Shown here one piece after another: positions 7,452 to 17,502 of a stretch of DNA of 64,000 bases. Below the pieces are notes generated by a model. It saw only the letters and a list, made by a program, of their open reading frames with translations, was not told where the DNA came from and ran no database searches. Position 1 is the first letter of the stretch. Every line of letters starts with the position of its first letter. The position numbers and the translations under genes were made by a program. This stretch comes from Escherichia coli. Lineage in GTDB: Bacteria; Pseudomonadota; Gammaproteobacteria; Enterobacterales; Enterobacteriaceae. The stretch is from assembly GCF_003991155.1 (NCBI RefSeq), contig NZ_CP031297.1; one strand, written 5' to 3'.

Positions 7452-9644
7452 TCAATCCATAAAGTCCGACTTTTTGAAGGGCATAGTGCCTTTGCAATCG
7501 GGATACGCTGTGCAGCCCCAGAACTTAGAGGCTCGTTTCTTGCCAGGGGCTTTTCCTTTCCTGAGACGCATCGGGCTACCGCAATCTGGGCAGTCTGGAC
7601 AATCCTCCGCCGCGATACGTTTCTCGGGTTTCCCTCGGTTGTCTGGGAACGTCTTCTTGCAAGCCTCGTTCTGGCAGCCCCAGAAAAAACCGTTCTTCCC
7701 TTTGATCCGGTGCATCTCTCCACCGCAGTTGAAGCATTCGTGTGAAGGAGGCTTCGCGCCCTCGAAGGCTTTAGCCATCGCGCCACCTTCTTTGGTCAGA
7801 ACCGGTGCGGCCACTTTGAGCTGCTCAACCATTTGGCAGATCCAGGTGGAAATCTGCTTCATGAAGACAGACATGTTCCCGGAGCCGGAGGCAACTTTCT
7901 CAAGCTCCTGCTCCCAAGCCGCAGTCATGCCGGGTGATTTGATGGCTGGTGGAAGCACTGCTATAAGCGCATGAGCCTTATCAGTTGCAAGCAGTACCTT
8001 TTTCTGACGCTTGAAGTAGCCTTTATCAACAGCGCCCTGGATGATGCTTGCGCGTGTTGCTGGAGTGCCTAAACCGGCTGTGTCTTTGAGGATTTGTTTG
8101 AACTTCTCCTCAGTCACGAACCGGGCAATGTTCTCCATCGCGGCAAGCAATGTGGCTTCGGTGAAGTGCGGTGCTGGCCGCGTCATTTTGTTTGCCAGCT
8201 CGGCCCCATTCAGCAAGGCAGGTTCGCCCTGGCTAACCCTGGGGAGCTTCTCTTGTTCAACCGGCGCGTCGGTGTCTTCCCCCTCGTCCTTGGGACTGCT
8301 TTCACTATCAGAAGCAAACAAAACCTTCCAGCCTTGTTTGGTAGGTGTCTTACCAGCGGACGCAAAGAGGTGACGCCCACACTGCACCTCGATGGAGGTT
8401 TTGGTGAACTCGAACTCGCTGTAGAACTGCGCGATGTAGAAACGACGGATGGCGTCGTAAAGATTGAACTCGATCTCAGACATGGCACTGATGTCTGTTC
8501 TGGCCGGTGTTGGAATGATCGCGTGGTGCGCGGTCACTTTGGCGTCATTGAATACCCTGGCCTTGCGATGAGGATCTGCGCCAGCCACCAGCCCAGAGAC
8601 GTTCTGATCGGACAAAATGAGCGCCTGGAGAATGTCCGGAATGTCTTCCTTTTGGCTCTCGGGTAGATAACGACTGTCAGTACGAGGGTAGGTGGTCGCT
8701 TTGTGCGTCTCGTACAGAGCTTGAGCTGCATCCAGTACCTGCTGAGCTGTGTATCCCCATCGTTTGCTCGCGTATTGTTGCAGCGACGTTAGATCGAAGG
8801 GGAGGGGGGCTGACTCTTTACCTGGTTTGGTTTCTGCTTTGCTGATAACAGCATTGGCACCATTGACCTGGGAGGCTACCTGCTCGGCATAGGCCTTATT
8901 GACGCACCGGCCTTGCTCGTCACTGCACTCTTCTGGTGGTATCCATTGGGCGGCAAACTGTCCATTCTGTACGGACACGTTCACACCCAGAGTCCAGTAT
9001 GGTGAGGGGGTGAAACCGGCGATCTCTCGGTCCCGTTGACAAACAAGAGCGACGGTTGGGGTGATAACCCTGCCAACGTGAAGAGTGTGGTTGAAGCCGA
9101 CATCTCGGGCCAGCACTGTGTAGAGGCGGCTCACGTTCATGCCTACCAACCAGTCAGCGCGTTGCCGTGCCAATGCGGCGTAGTAGAGTGAGACCGTATC
9201 CTTGCCATCCTTTACGTTGTTCAGCGCTTTCTTGATGCTTGACTCATCGAGAGCCGTCAAACAAACTCGGCGAATAGGGCCAGAGTAGCGGAATCGATCC
9301 AGAAGCGAACGGGCGATAGCCTCACCTTCTCGGTCGTAGTCCGTTGAGATGTAGATGGTGCTCGCCTTTTTGACCAGTCCCTCAACAATTTTGTACTGTT
9401 TGAACGCACTCTTGCGAACGTTGTACCGCCATGACTCTGGTGCAATAGGGAGGGTCTCCAGTGACCATGACTTGTAGCGTTCGTCATAATCGTCTGGCAT
9501 ATACAATTCCAGCAGGTGGCCGAACGCCCACGTAATAACGCGGTTTCCTCCATCATGGAGAAATCCATCACCTCGTTGGGAGGCCTTCATTACGCCAGCC
9601 AAATCTTTTGCCTGAGAAGGCTTCTCGCAGATATAAAGGTCCAT
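7452..9644 (-). CDS. topB: DNA topoisomerase III with C-terminal zinc-ribbon repeats
   Basis: 730 aa; MDLYICEKPSQAKDLA Toprim start; type IA core; C-terminal CFNCGG...CQNEAC and CPDCPDCGS...CTAYPDC fingers. Confidence 0.9.
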   Translation of the reverse strand: MDLYICEKPSQAKDLAGVMKASQRGDGFLHDGGNRVITWAFGHLLELYMPDDYDERYKSWSLETLPIAPESWRYNVRKSAFKQYKIVEGLVKKASTIYISTDYDREGEAIARSLLDRFRYSGPIRRVCLTALDESSIKKALNNVKDGKDTVSLYYAALARQRADWLVGMNVSRLYTVLARDVGFNHTLHVGRVITPTVALVCQRDREIAGFTPSPYWTLGVNVSVQNGQFAAQWIPPEECSDEQGRCVNKAYAEQVASQVNGANAVISKAETKPGKESAPLPFDLTSLQQYASKRWGYTAQQVLDAAQALYETHKATTYPRTDSRYLPESQKEDIPDILQALILSDQNVSGLVAGADPHRKARVFNDAKVTAHHAIIPTPARTDISAMSEIEFNLYDAIRRFYIAQFYSEFEFTKTSIEVQCGRHLFASAGKTPTKQGWKVLFASDSESSPKDEGEDTDAPVEQEKLPRVSQGEPALLNGAELANKMTRPAPHFTEATLLAAMENIARFVTEEKFKQILKDTAGLGTPATRASIIQGAVDKGYFKRQKKVLLATDKAHALIAVLPPAIKSPGMTAAWEQELEKVASGSGNMSVFMKQISTWICQMVEQLKVAAPVLTKEGGAMAKAFEGAKPPSHECFNCGGEMHRIKGKNGFFWGCQNEACKKTFPDNRGKPEKRIAAEDCPDCPDCGSPMRLRKGKAPGKKRASKFWGCTAYPDCKGTMPFKKSDFMD

Positions 9645-9877
9645 TAAGCAGCTCCTCTCATCTTTGATTCCAGATTCGCCAGCTCAGTCCAGCTTTGAGC
9701 CAGACCTTTGACTTCGGGGTAGTCTCTGGAGAGGTTTTCGAGGACTCCAGAAATGACATAGGCCGCTTCGCTGGAATTACCCCTCGAACCGGCCTCCTGG
9801 AGCATGATTAATAAAGCGTCGAAGAGCTCAGCCTTACGGCCTAGCTCTGTCTGGTTTCTTATTTCAGAGCTTTGCAT
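9644..9877 (-). CDS. hypothetical protein (77 aa)
   Basis: Stop overlaps the topB start (TAATG), suggesting coupling. Confidence 0.4.
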   Translation of the reverse strand: MQSSEIRNQTELGRKAELFDALLIMLQEAGSRGNSSEAAYVISGVLENLSRDYPEVKGLAQSWTELANLESKMRGAA

Positions 9878-10476
9878 GGGTTCACCACTGAATAGGGACG
9901 CACGGACTCGCGCACAATGCGGCGATCTGCGTCAGTTACAGCCTGACTGGTGCAAAAGTGCGTCCAGGCATTCAGATAATCTTTATAGGTGTGGGTAGGT
10001 GGTATGCAGCCGGTTACAACGTCCTTGGGGATGTTTGTGGTTCCCTCGGCTTCCACAAAGCGCCAATCGTGCTCGTCCATACCTTTGCCACCATCGCAAT
10101 AGCGTTCCCAGCGTGACAACTCGTACAGCGAGTAGCCTTTGCCTTTATTCATGGACTTGAAGGTATTGATGGCTTCGTTGACATCCCCGTGCTGTTTGAT
10201 CCCTGCTGGAGTTTTATCTGAACCAGCGGAGTCATCTTTGACCTTGTTCATCGTTGCGCTGACATTACCGTCGCCCAGCACATGGATATAACCAGGTTGA
10301 CGTAATGCAGCACCACCGCGCCCCATGTTGTCCCATGCCATCGACAGTTCCCGGCTAACTCGGGCAGGTTTGTCATTTTCGGCAGGGGCAGTCTGGGGCT
10401 GAGGCTTTTGCTCGGGGGCGTTAGAGGCACACCCGGCCAGAATTGCCACTCCCAGAATTGCTATCAGTTGTCTCAT
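9859..10476 (-). CDS. lipoprotein (205 aa)
   Basis: Trimmed to MRQLIAILGVAILAGCASN (lipobox LAGC) with GAGGAA 8 nt upstream; the track ORF extends to 10638. Confidence 0.55.
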   Translation of the reverse strand: MRQLIAILGVAILAGCASNAPEQKPQPQTAPAENDKPARVSRELSMAWDNMGRGGAALRQPGYIHVLGDGNVSATMNKVKDDSAGSDKTPAGIKQHGDVNEAINTFKSMNKGKGYSLYELSRWERYCDGGKGMDEHDWRFVEAEGTTNIPKDVVTGCIPPTHTYKDYLNAWTHFCTSQAVTDADRRIVRESVRPYSVVNPCKALK

Positions 10477-10549
10477 CGTGTCGTTCCTCATAAAAAATTG
10501 TCGATGAGCCCATTCTAAAAGGGGGGGGATGGAAAGCTGGTTTCTCAAA

Positions 10550-10573
10550 CTGCCCAAATTGGACAGATAGGCG
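10550..10573 (+). promoter_or_regulatory. AcaCD/SetCD-type box upstream of traI
   Basis: ctgcccaaattggacagataggcg, 70 bp before the traI ATG. Confidence 0.55.
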
Positions 10574-10643
10574 TGTGTGCGATCTAAAGGTGTTTTGAGA
10601 GCATGTAGCGACGAGAAATACGATAGGAATATGGTCAACCTAC

Positions 10644-13616
10644 ATGCTGAAAGCCCTTAACAAGTTATTTGGTGGGCGAAGTGGAGTGATCGAGACCGCG
10701 CCGAGCGTCAGAGTGTTGCCGCTTAAAGACGTGGAAGATGAAGAAATCCCTCGATACCCACCTTTTGCCAAGGGCCTGCCAGTGGCCCCACTAGACAAGA
10801 TACTGGCAACCCAAGCTGAACTGATTGAGAAAGTGCGGAACTCTCTCGGTTTCACTGTGGACGACTTCAACCGGCTTGTTTTGCCGGTGATCCAGCGGTA
10901 TGCCGCGTTTGTTCACCTGTTGCCAGCTTCCGAATCACACCACCACCGTGGCGCTGGTGGTCTGTTCCGACATGGGCTTGAAGTGGCCTTCTGGGCAGCT
11001 CAGGCATCTGAGTCAGTTATCTTTTCCATCGAGGGGACGCCTCGTGAACGCCGTGACAATGAGCCGCGTTGGAGACTGGCGAGCTGTTTCTCCGGGCTGC
11101 TGCATGATGTGGGTAAACCGCTCTCGGATGTGTCCATTACGGACAAAGACGGGTCAATCACATGGAACCCGTATTCGGAGTCACTTCATGACTGGGCACA
11201 CCGTCACGAAATCGACCGTTACTTTATCCGGTGGCGCGACAAGCGACACAAAAGACATGAGCAATTCTCGCTGCTGGCGGTGGATCGAATTATTCCGGCT
11301 GAGACTCGGGAGTTTCTGTCCAAGTCTGGCCCGTCCATCATGGAAGCGATGCTGGAAGCTATCTCAGGAACCAGCGTCAATCAGCCTGTGACCAAGCTGA
11401 TGCTTCGCGCTGACCAAGAGAGCGTCTCACGGGACCTTCGCCAGAGTCGTCTCGATGTGGACGAGTTCTCCTATGGTGTGCCTGTCGAGCGGTACGTGTT
11501 CGATGCCATCCGCCGCCTGGTTAAAACCGGAAAATGGAAGGTCAATGAGCCAGGCGCGAAAGTCTGGCACCTCAACCAAGGTGTATTCATTGCCTGGAAA
11601 CAGCTTGGGGACCTTTATGACTTGATCAGCCACGACAAGATCCCCGGTATTCCACGAGACCCTGACACACTGGCCGACATTCTCATCGAACGTGGTTTTG
11701 CTGTACCAAACACGGTGCAGGAGAAGGGTGAACGTGCGTACTACCGCTACTGGGAAGTTTTGCCTGAGATGCTCCAGGAGGCGGCGGGATCGGTGAAGAT
11801 CTTGATGCTCCGACTCGAATCAAACGACCTGGTGTTTACGACTGAGCCTCCTGCGGCTGTTGCTGCGGAAGTTGTTGGTGATGTTGAGGACGCTGAGATT
11901 GAGTTCGTTGATCCTGAGGAAGTCGATGACGACCAAGAGGAAGATGTGTCAGCTCTGAACGATGACATGTTGGCCGCAGAGCAGGAAGCAGAGAAAGCTC
12001 TAGCTGGTCTTGGCTTTGGTGATGCGATGGAGATGCTGAAAAGCACCTCAGATGCTGTCGAGGAGAAACCAGAGCAAAAAGATGCTGGATCAACGGAATC
12101 ATCTAAGCCTGACGCTGGCAAGAAGGGTAAGCCGCAGAGCAAACCGGGCAAAGCAAAACCGAAGAGTGATACAGAGAAACAACCCCACAAACCAGAGGCA
12201 AAAGAGGATTTGTCCCCTCAGGACATTGCCAAAAACGCACCACCTTTGGCAAACGACAATCCGTTACAAGCACTCAAGGATGTTGGGGGTGGACTGGGGG
12301 ACATCGACTTTCCGTTTGACGCATTCAGCGCATCGGCAGAGACAGCCAGCACTGACGCAACAAACTCAGAAATCCCAGATGTGGCAATGCCCGGAAAGCA
12401 AGAGAAGCAGCCAAAACAGGACTTCGTTCCACAAGAACAAAACTCCCTGCAGGGCGATGACTTTCCAATGTTCGGTAGTTCTGATGAACCGCCATCATGG
12501 GCGATTGAGCCGCTCCCTATGCTGACTGACGCACCAGAACAAACAACACCAGCGCCAGCAATGCCACCTACGGACAAACCTAATCTGCATGAGAAAGACG
12601 CAAAGACCTTACTCGTTGAGATGTTAGCCGGGTACGGAGAAGCATCGGCGTTGCTTGAACAAGCGATCATGCCTGTTTTGGAAGGTAAAACGACGCTGGG
12701 CGAAGTCCTATGCCTGATGAAGGGTCAAGCCGTCATTTTGTACCCGGATGGCGCTCGGTCGCTGGGTGCGCCGTCAGAGGTTCTCTCGAAGCTGTCCCAC
12801 GCCAACGCGATTGTTCCAGACCCGATTATGCCAGGTCGCAAAGTTCGTGATTTCAGCGGAGTGAAGGCAATTGTACTGGCGGAGCAGCTTTCAGATGCAG
12901 TCGTAGCGGCCATTAAGGATGCCGAGGCGTCAATGGGGGGATACCAGGATGCCTTTGAGCTCGTCTCTCCCCCTGGCTTGGATGCAAGCAAGAATAAGTC
13001 TGCACCGAAACAACAAAGCCGAAAAAAGGCGCAGCAGCAGAAGCCTGAGGTTAACGCCGGTAAACCCTCGCCTGAACAAAAGGCGAAAGGTAAGGACTCC
13101 CAGCCACAGCAGAAGGAGAAGAAGGTCGATGTTACTTCTCCGGTTGAAGAGCCGCAGCGCCAGCCGGTCCAAGAAAAACAGAACGTGGCTCGCCTTCCTA
13201 AGCGGGAGGTTCAACCAGTGGCTCCTGAGCCCAAAGTTGAGCGTGAGAAGGAATTGGGACACGTCGAGGTGCGAGAAAGGGAAGAGCCAGAGGTTAGGGA
13301 GTTTGAGCCGCCTAAGGCGAAAACAAACCCGAAAGACATCAACGCGGAAGATTTCTTGCCGTCTGGTGTTACGCCTCAGAAAGCACTCCAGATGCTCAAG
13401 GACATGATCCAAAAACGCTCGGGCAGATGGCTCGTGACACCTGTCCTGGAAGAGGATGGCTGCTTAGTAACCAGTGACAAAGCCTTCGACATGATTGCCG
13501 GTGAAAACATCGGCATCAGCAAACACATCCTCTGCGGGATGCTGAGCCGGGCACAGAGACGGCCTTTGCTCAAGAAACGTCAGGGAAAACTGTATTTAGA
13601 GGTAAATGAAACATGA
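10644..13616 (+). CDS. traI: MOBH-family conjugative relaxase with HD domain
   Basis: 990 aa; SESHHHRGAGGLFRHGLEV and LLHDVGKP metal-binding motifs; long acidic/Pro/Lys-rich central linker; followed by traD. Confidence 0.85.
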   Translation: MLKALNKLFGGRSGVIETAPSVRVLPLKDVEDEEIPRYPPFAKGLPVAPLDKILATQAELIEKVRNSLGFTVDDFNRLVLPVIQRYAAFVHLLPASESHHHRGAGGLFRHGLEVAFWAAQASESVIFSIEGTPRERRDNEPRWRLASCFSGLLHDVGKPLSDVSITDKDGSITWNPYSESLHDWAHRHEIDRYFIRWRDKRHKRHEQFSLLAVDRIIPAETREFLSKSGPSIMEAMLEAISGTSVNQPVTKLMLRADQESVSRDLRQSRLDVDEFSYGVPVERYVFDAIRRLVKTGKWKVNEPGAKVWHLNQGVFIAWKQLGDLYDLISHDKIPGIPRDPDTLADILIERGFAVPNTVQEKGERAYYRYWEVLPEMLQEAAGSVKILMLRLESNDLVFTTEPPAAVAAEVVGDVEDAEIEFVDPEEVDDDQEEDVSALNDDMLAAEQEAEKALAGLGFGDAMEMLKSTSDAVEEKPEQKDAGSTESSKPDAGKKGKPQSKPGKAKPKSDTEKQPHKPEAKEDLSPQDIAKNAPPLANDNPLQALKDVGGGLGDIDFPFDAFSASAETASTDATNSEIPDVAMPGKQEKQPKQDFVPQEQNSLQGDDFPMFGSSDEPPSWAIEPLPMLTDAPEQTTPAPAMPPTDKPNLHEKDAKTLLVEMLAGYGEASALLEQAIMPVLEGKTTLGEVLCLMKGQAVILYPDGARSLGAPSEVLSKLSHANAIVPDPIMPGRKVRDFSGVKAIVLAEQLSDAVVAAIKDAEASMGGYQDAFELVSPPGLDASKNKSAPKQQSRKKAQQQKPEVNAGKPSPEQKAKGKDSQPQQKEKKVDVTSPVEEPQRQPVQEKQNVARLPKREVQPVAPEPKVEREKELGHVEVREREEPEVREFEPPKAKTNPKDINAEDFLPSGVTPQKALQMLKDMIQKRSGRWLVTPVLEEDGCLVTSDKAFDMIAGENIGISKHILCGMLSRAQRRPLLKKRQGKLYLEVNET

Positions 13617-15478
13617 CAATGAGTTATGACCCGCTCGCCTACGAGATGCCGTGGCGGCCCAACTATGAAAAAAATGCTGTAGCAGGCTGGCTTGCCGCCT
13701 CCGGCGCGGCTTTGGCCGTAGAGCAAGTCAGCACGATGCCTCCGGAGCCCTTCTATTGGATGACGGGGATCTGTGGCGTGATGGCGATGGCTCGTTTGCC
13801 AAAGGCTATCAAACTTCACCTGCTCCAAAAGCATTTGAAGGGGCGTGATCTGGAGTTTATTTCTATTGCGGAGCTCCAAAAGTACATCAAGGACACGCCG
13901 GACGATATGTGGCTTGGTAGTGGGTTCCTGTGGGAAAACCGCCATGCCCAGCGCGTGTTTGAGATCCTGAAACGCGACTGGACTTCCATCGTAGGGAGAG
14001 AGTCCACGGTCAAAAAGGTTGTCCGGAAGATACAGGGTAAGAAAAAGGAGCTGCCAATCGGCCAGCCCTGGATTCACGGGGTAGAACCCAAAGAAGAGAA
14101 GCTGATGCAGCCACTCAAGCACACTGAGGGGCATTCGCTGATCGTTGGGACCACCGGCTCGGGCAAGACCCGTATGTTCGACATCCTGATTTCACAGGCC
14201 ATTCTGCGTGGGGAAGCCGTGATCATCATAGACCCGAAAGGGGATAAGGAGATGCGGGACAATGCACGACGTGCCTGTGAAGCTATGGGGCAGCCGGAAA
14301 GATTCGTCTCATTTCATCCAGCATTCCCGGAAGAGTCGGTGCGTATCGACCCTCTGCGTAACTTCACCCGCGTGACTGAAATTGCAAGTCGTTTGGCAGC
14401 GTTGATCCCGTCCGAAGCAGGGGCCGACCCGTTCAAATCATTTGGATGGCAGGCACTGAACAACATCGCTCAGGGCTTGGTCATCACTCATGATCGTCCC
14501 AACCTGACAAAGCTCCGCCGATTCCTTGAAGGTGGCGCTGCTGGCTTGGTCATCAAGGCCGTTCAGGCTTACTCAGAGCGAGTTATGCCCGACTGGGAGG
14601 CAGAAGCAGCGGCTTATTTGGAGAAAGTCAAAAACGGTTCGCGTGAGAAGATCGCTTTCGCGTTGATGAAGTTCTACTACGACATCATCCAACCTGAGCA
14701 CCCAAACTCTGATCTGGAAGGCTTGCTGTCGATGTTCCAGCACGACCAAACCCACTTCTCCAAGATGGTGGCGAACCTCCTGCCGATCATGAATATGCTG
14801 ACGTCCGGGGAGCTAGGCCCTCTGCTGTCTCCAGACTCATCTGATCTGAGCGACGAACGCCAGATCACTGATTCCGCAAAAATCATCAACAACGCTCAAG
14901 TTGCTTATCTGGGGCTCGACTCCCTGACCGACAACATGGTTGGTAGTGCTATGGGGTCCATCTTCCTGTCAGACCTGACAGCGGTTGCCGGTGACAGATA
15001 CAACTACGGCGTCAACAACAGACCCGTAAATATCTTTGTTGATGAGGCTGCTGAGGTGATCAACGACCCGTTCATCCAGCTCCTGAACAAAGGTCGCGGT
15101 GCGAAACTTCGTCTTTTCGTTGCAACTCAGACTTTTGCTGACTTCGCAGCTCGACTGGGTAGCAAAGACAAAGCGCTCCAAGTGTTGGGGAACATCAACA
15201 ACACGTTTGCTCTGCGTATCGTCGATGGTGAAACACAGGAGTATATCGCAGATAACTTGCCGAAGACCCGGCTCAAGTACGTCATGCGGACTCAAGGCCA
15301 GAACTCGGATGGCAAGGAGCCCATTATGCACGGAGGCAACCAAGGCGAGCGTTTGATGGAGGAGGAAGCTGATCTGTTCCCAGCCCAGTTATTGGGAATG
15401 CTTCCGAACCTGGAATACATAGCCAAAATTTCAGGCGGAACAATCGTAAAAGGCCGTCTGCCCATATTGACCCAGTAA
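13613..15478 (+). CDS. traD: type IV coupling protein
   Basis: 621 aa; N-terminal TM segments; Walker A GTTGSGKT; Walker B NIFVDEAAE; ATGA overlap with traI. Confidence 0.85.
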   Translation: MTMSYDPLAYEMPWRPNYEKNAVAGWLAASGAALAVEQVSTMPPEPFYWMTGICGVMAMARLPKAIKLHLLQKHLKGRDLEFISIAELQKYIKDTPDDMWLGSGFLWENRHAQRVFEILKRDWTSIVGRESTVKKVVRKIQGKKKELPIGQPWIHGVEPKEEKLMQPLKHTEGHSLIVGTTGSGKTRMFDILISQAILRGEAVIIIDPKGDKEMRDNARRACEAMGQPERFVSFHPAFPEESVRIDPLRNFTRVTEIASRLAALIPSEAGADPFKSFGWQALNNIAQGLVITHDRPNLTKLRRFLEGGAAGLVIKAVQAYSERVMPDWEAEAAAYLEKVKNGSREKIAFALMKFYYDIIQPEHPNSDLEGLLSMFQHDQTHFSKMVANLLPIMNMLTSGELGPLLSPDSSDLSDERQITDSAKIINNAQVAYLGLDSLTDNMVGSAMGSIFLSDLTAVAGDRYNYGVNNRPVNIFVDEAAEVINDPFIQLLNKGRGAKLRLFVATQTFADFAARLGSKDKALQVLGNINNTFALRIVDGETQEYIADNLPKTRLKYVMRTQGQNSDGKEPIMHGGNQGERLMEEEADLFPAQLLGMLPNLEYIAKISGGTIVKGRLPILTQ

Positions 15479-15488
15479 GAGCAGAGCT

Positions 15489-16073
15489 ATGTGTGACAAG
15501 AAGTATAGAAATTACGAGGTAGCCATCATGGTCGATGTGAACCCTTTCGACAGGGTTATGAATGAATTGAAAAGTCGTGGCCGCAAGAACGCTCACATCC
15601 TGAGCATCCTCCAATTCGACTGGCCTGCATCGGAGGCCATCATCGAGAAGCTGAGCTGCTACATCACAGACGGGATTAAGGCTAATCAGGAGCCTGTGAT
15701 TTACCCGATCATTGAAGAAGCTCTGCATCGCTACAGCCAGCTCGTGTTTCATGAGCAGAGAGAGAAATATGAAGACCCGGCCAGAATTGGGGCATTTCTG
15801 GAAACCCTGATCACCGAAACCTGCCGGGCGTTGGAAGTGCAAATTGTCGATAGTGGCGGTGATTCATGGTCTGTCGATTCAGGAGAGTCGTTCTCACTGT
15901 GGCTTTCTTCCCATCCAGGAGAACTATCCATTAACCCGCAGCCCCATGAGGATGAGACCTCTTTGCGTGGCTTGCTGTATGAGCTCATCACCTGTGAGAG
16001 CGTGAAAACTGTTTTAAGGAGAACCGACTATGAAGAAGCCGTGGTTGCTGGTCGCATGGCTGCTGGTTATTGA
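15489..16073 (+). CDS. hypothetical protein in the traD-traL interval
   Basis: 194-aa ORF; a better start may be the ATG at 15528 after GAGGTAG. Confidence 0.45.
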   Translation: MCDKKYRNYEVAIMVDVNPFDRVMNELKSRGRKNAHILSILQFDWPASEAIIEKLSCYITDGIKANQEPVIYPIIEEALHRYSQLVFHEQREKYEDPARIGAFLETLITETCRALEVQIVDSGGDSWSVDSGESFSLWLSSHPGELSINPQPHEDETSLRGLLYELITCESVKTVLRRTDYEEAVVAGRMAAGY

Positions 16074-16659
16074 GTTGCTGGCAATATTGCTGCTGATCCC
16101 TGGCGACTGGACAGACAGAGCCATCAAAAGGGAATCCGAGCTGGTGGAACAGAGTCTTGGTGTCGAAGCAAGAGACTGGATACAGAACAAAGCATCTACC
16201 TGGTTCAGGTCGAGCGTTATTGATTCAGGATTCTATGAGGGGATGTACCAAACGCTGATCCCATCAGAAGAGGAGCGCCAGAAGTCCAAGGGGATGCAGG
16301 ACATGGGCAAGGGCTGGTTTGTGTGGGTCAAAGGCCGCATGGAAGCCTTTGTCAACGTCATTTACCAGTTCTACACAAGGTTGGCACTGTTAGCCGCGTG
16401 GGCTCCCTATATGCTGATCCTGTTCGTACCTGCGGTATATGACGGGATGATGACATGGCGAATTAAGCGGACCAACTTCGATTATGCGAGTCCGGTTCTC
16501 CATCGTTACAGCGTTCGCGGAACGATGTACCTGATGGCCGGATTGTTCATCGCGTTCTTCATCCCCATAGCGCTCGATCCGGTTGTCATCCCGATGACAA
16601 TGATGACGTGCTGTGTCCTGGTTGGCCTGACGTTCGGCAACCTCCAGAAACGGGTATAG
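16030..16659 (+). CDS. integral membrane protein (possibly DUF4400/PFL_4697-like)
   Basis: 209 aa; N-terminal and C-terminal hydrophobic helices; position next to the coupling protein; family call from memory only. Confidence 0.45.
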   Translation: MKKPWLLVAWLLVIELLAILLLIPGDWTDRAIKRESELVEQSLGVEARDWIQNKASTWFRSSVIDSGFYEGMYQTLIPSEEERQKSKGMQDMGKGWFVWVKGRMEAFVNVIYQFYTRLALLAAWAPYMLILFVPAVYDGMMTWRIKRTNFDYASPVLHRYSVRGTMYLMAGLFIAFFIPIALDPVVIPMTMMTCCVLVGLTFGNLQKRV

Positions 16660-16668
16660 GGAGGGAGG

Positions 16669-17115
16669 ATGAGCTACTCCGTTATAAATCAAGATGGGGT
16701 GCATCTGTGCGACATCCCATTGAACGTCTACCAGGTGATACGTCGCCAATCCTTGTCTGCGTTGTGGCTTTACTGGGCGCAGAGCTTGAATTTGGTGAAG
16801 GTGCTCATTGCTTGCGTCGGAAAGATGATCTTTGTGATGCCGGTAATGTGGTTCTGGGTGCTGGTGGTGTGCCGCTTGGTTGAACCAGAACGTATCTCAG
16901 ACGTGTCAGGACTTATCTCTCCGGACGTGATCGGGTGGGCCGCTGGTGCGGCCATCACCCTCATTATCTTTTCCGTATTTACACGCCCAGCGTTGTACGG
17001 ATACCACAACTTTTTCAAGCAGCATATTTGCTCAAGAGTAAAGCAAGTAACGCCGGAACTCAGAACAGTCACTGGGCCACTGTTCTTTTACCGAAACGAA
17101 ATTGGAACGATATAG
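16669..17115 (+). CDS. integral membrane protein (148 aa)
   Basis: GGGAGGAGG upstream; multiple hydrophobic helices. Confidence 0.45.
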   Translation: MSYSVINQDGVHLCDIPLNVYQVIRRQSLSALWLYWAQSLNLVKVLIACVGKMIFVMPVMWFWVLVVCRLVEPERISDVSGLISPDVIGWAAGAAITLIIFSVFTRPALYGYHNFFKQHICSRVKQVTPELRTVTGPLFFYRNEIGTI

Positions 17116-17124
17116 AGAGGAACC

Positions 17125-17502
17125 ATGAAAGTAACTAATAGACTCCAACTGCTGGCACTGGGGCTGTGTATAGCCGGTACTGCCATCGCGGCTCCTGATG
17201 TGCTCAATGACGACGCAAAGCTCAAGAACCTTGAGAAGGTGTGTCCCGACTGTCAGATGGTGGCAAAAGATGTACTCAATCTGCGGGTTGAAAACTGCCA
17301 GCTCAAAGACACTTCCAGTGCAATGATGATTGGCACCATGCAAAATGACCCTATGTTTTCGTTTATGCTGGCTGTACACACAGCGGCAGGCTCGGAGGCA
17401 TACAAAACGGTAGTTGGTGCCGCTGGCAACCATGTTGACTGTGAAAACCCGTTGAACTGGATCAAGCTGACCCAGCAAGCGATTAAAGGTGGCAAAGTCT
17501 AA
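17125..17502 (+). CDS. secreted Cys-containing protein (125 aa)
   Basis: Signal peptide MKVTNRLQLLALGLCIAGTAIAAPD; GAGAGGAA upstream. Confidence 0.45.
   Translation: MKVTNRLQLLALGLCIAGTAIAAPDVLNDDAKLKNLEKVCPDCQMVAKDVLNLRVENCQLKDTSSAMMIGTMQNDPMFSFMLAVHTAAGSEAYKTVVGAAGNHVDCENPLNWIKLTQQAIKGGKV

Noticed and set aside
7244..8666. Several 110-190 aa ORFs on both strands (7244-7786, 7474-7974, 8041-8373, 8094-8666)
   Set aside because: All lie within topB in alternative frames, and topB is an unambiguous full-length topoisomerase III.
9878..10643. Search for oriT or mobI next to traI
   Set aside because: The adjacent gene is a lipoprotein, and I see no nic-like inverted repeat set. In related elements oriT is reported far from traI, so it is probably outside this window.
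11747..13412. Cluster of alternative-frame ORFs in traI (for example 11747-12190, 12218-12670, 12919-13407, 12930-13412)
   Set aside because: They are by-products of the low-complexity, stop-poor linker region of TraI.
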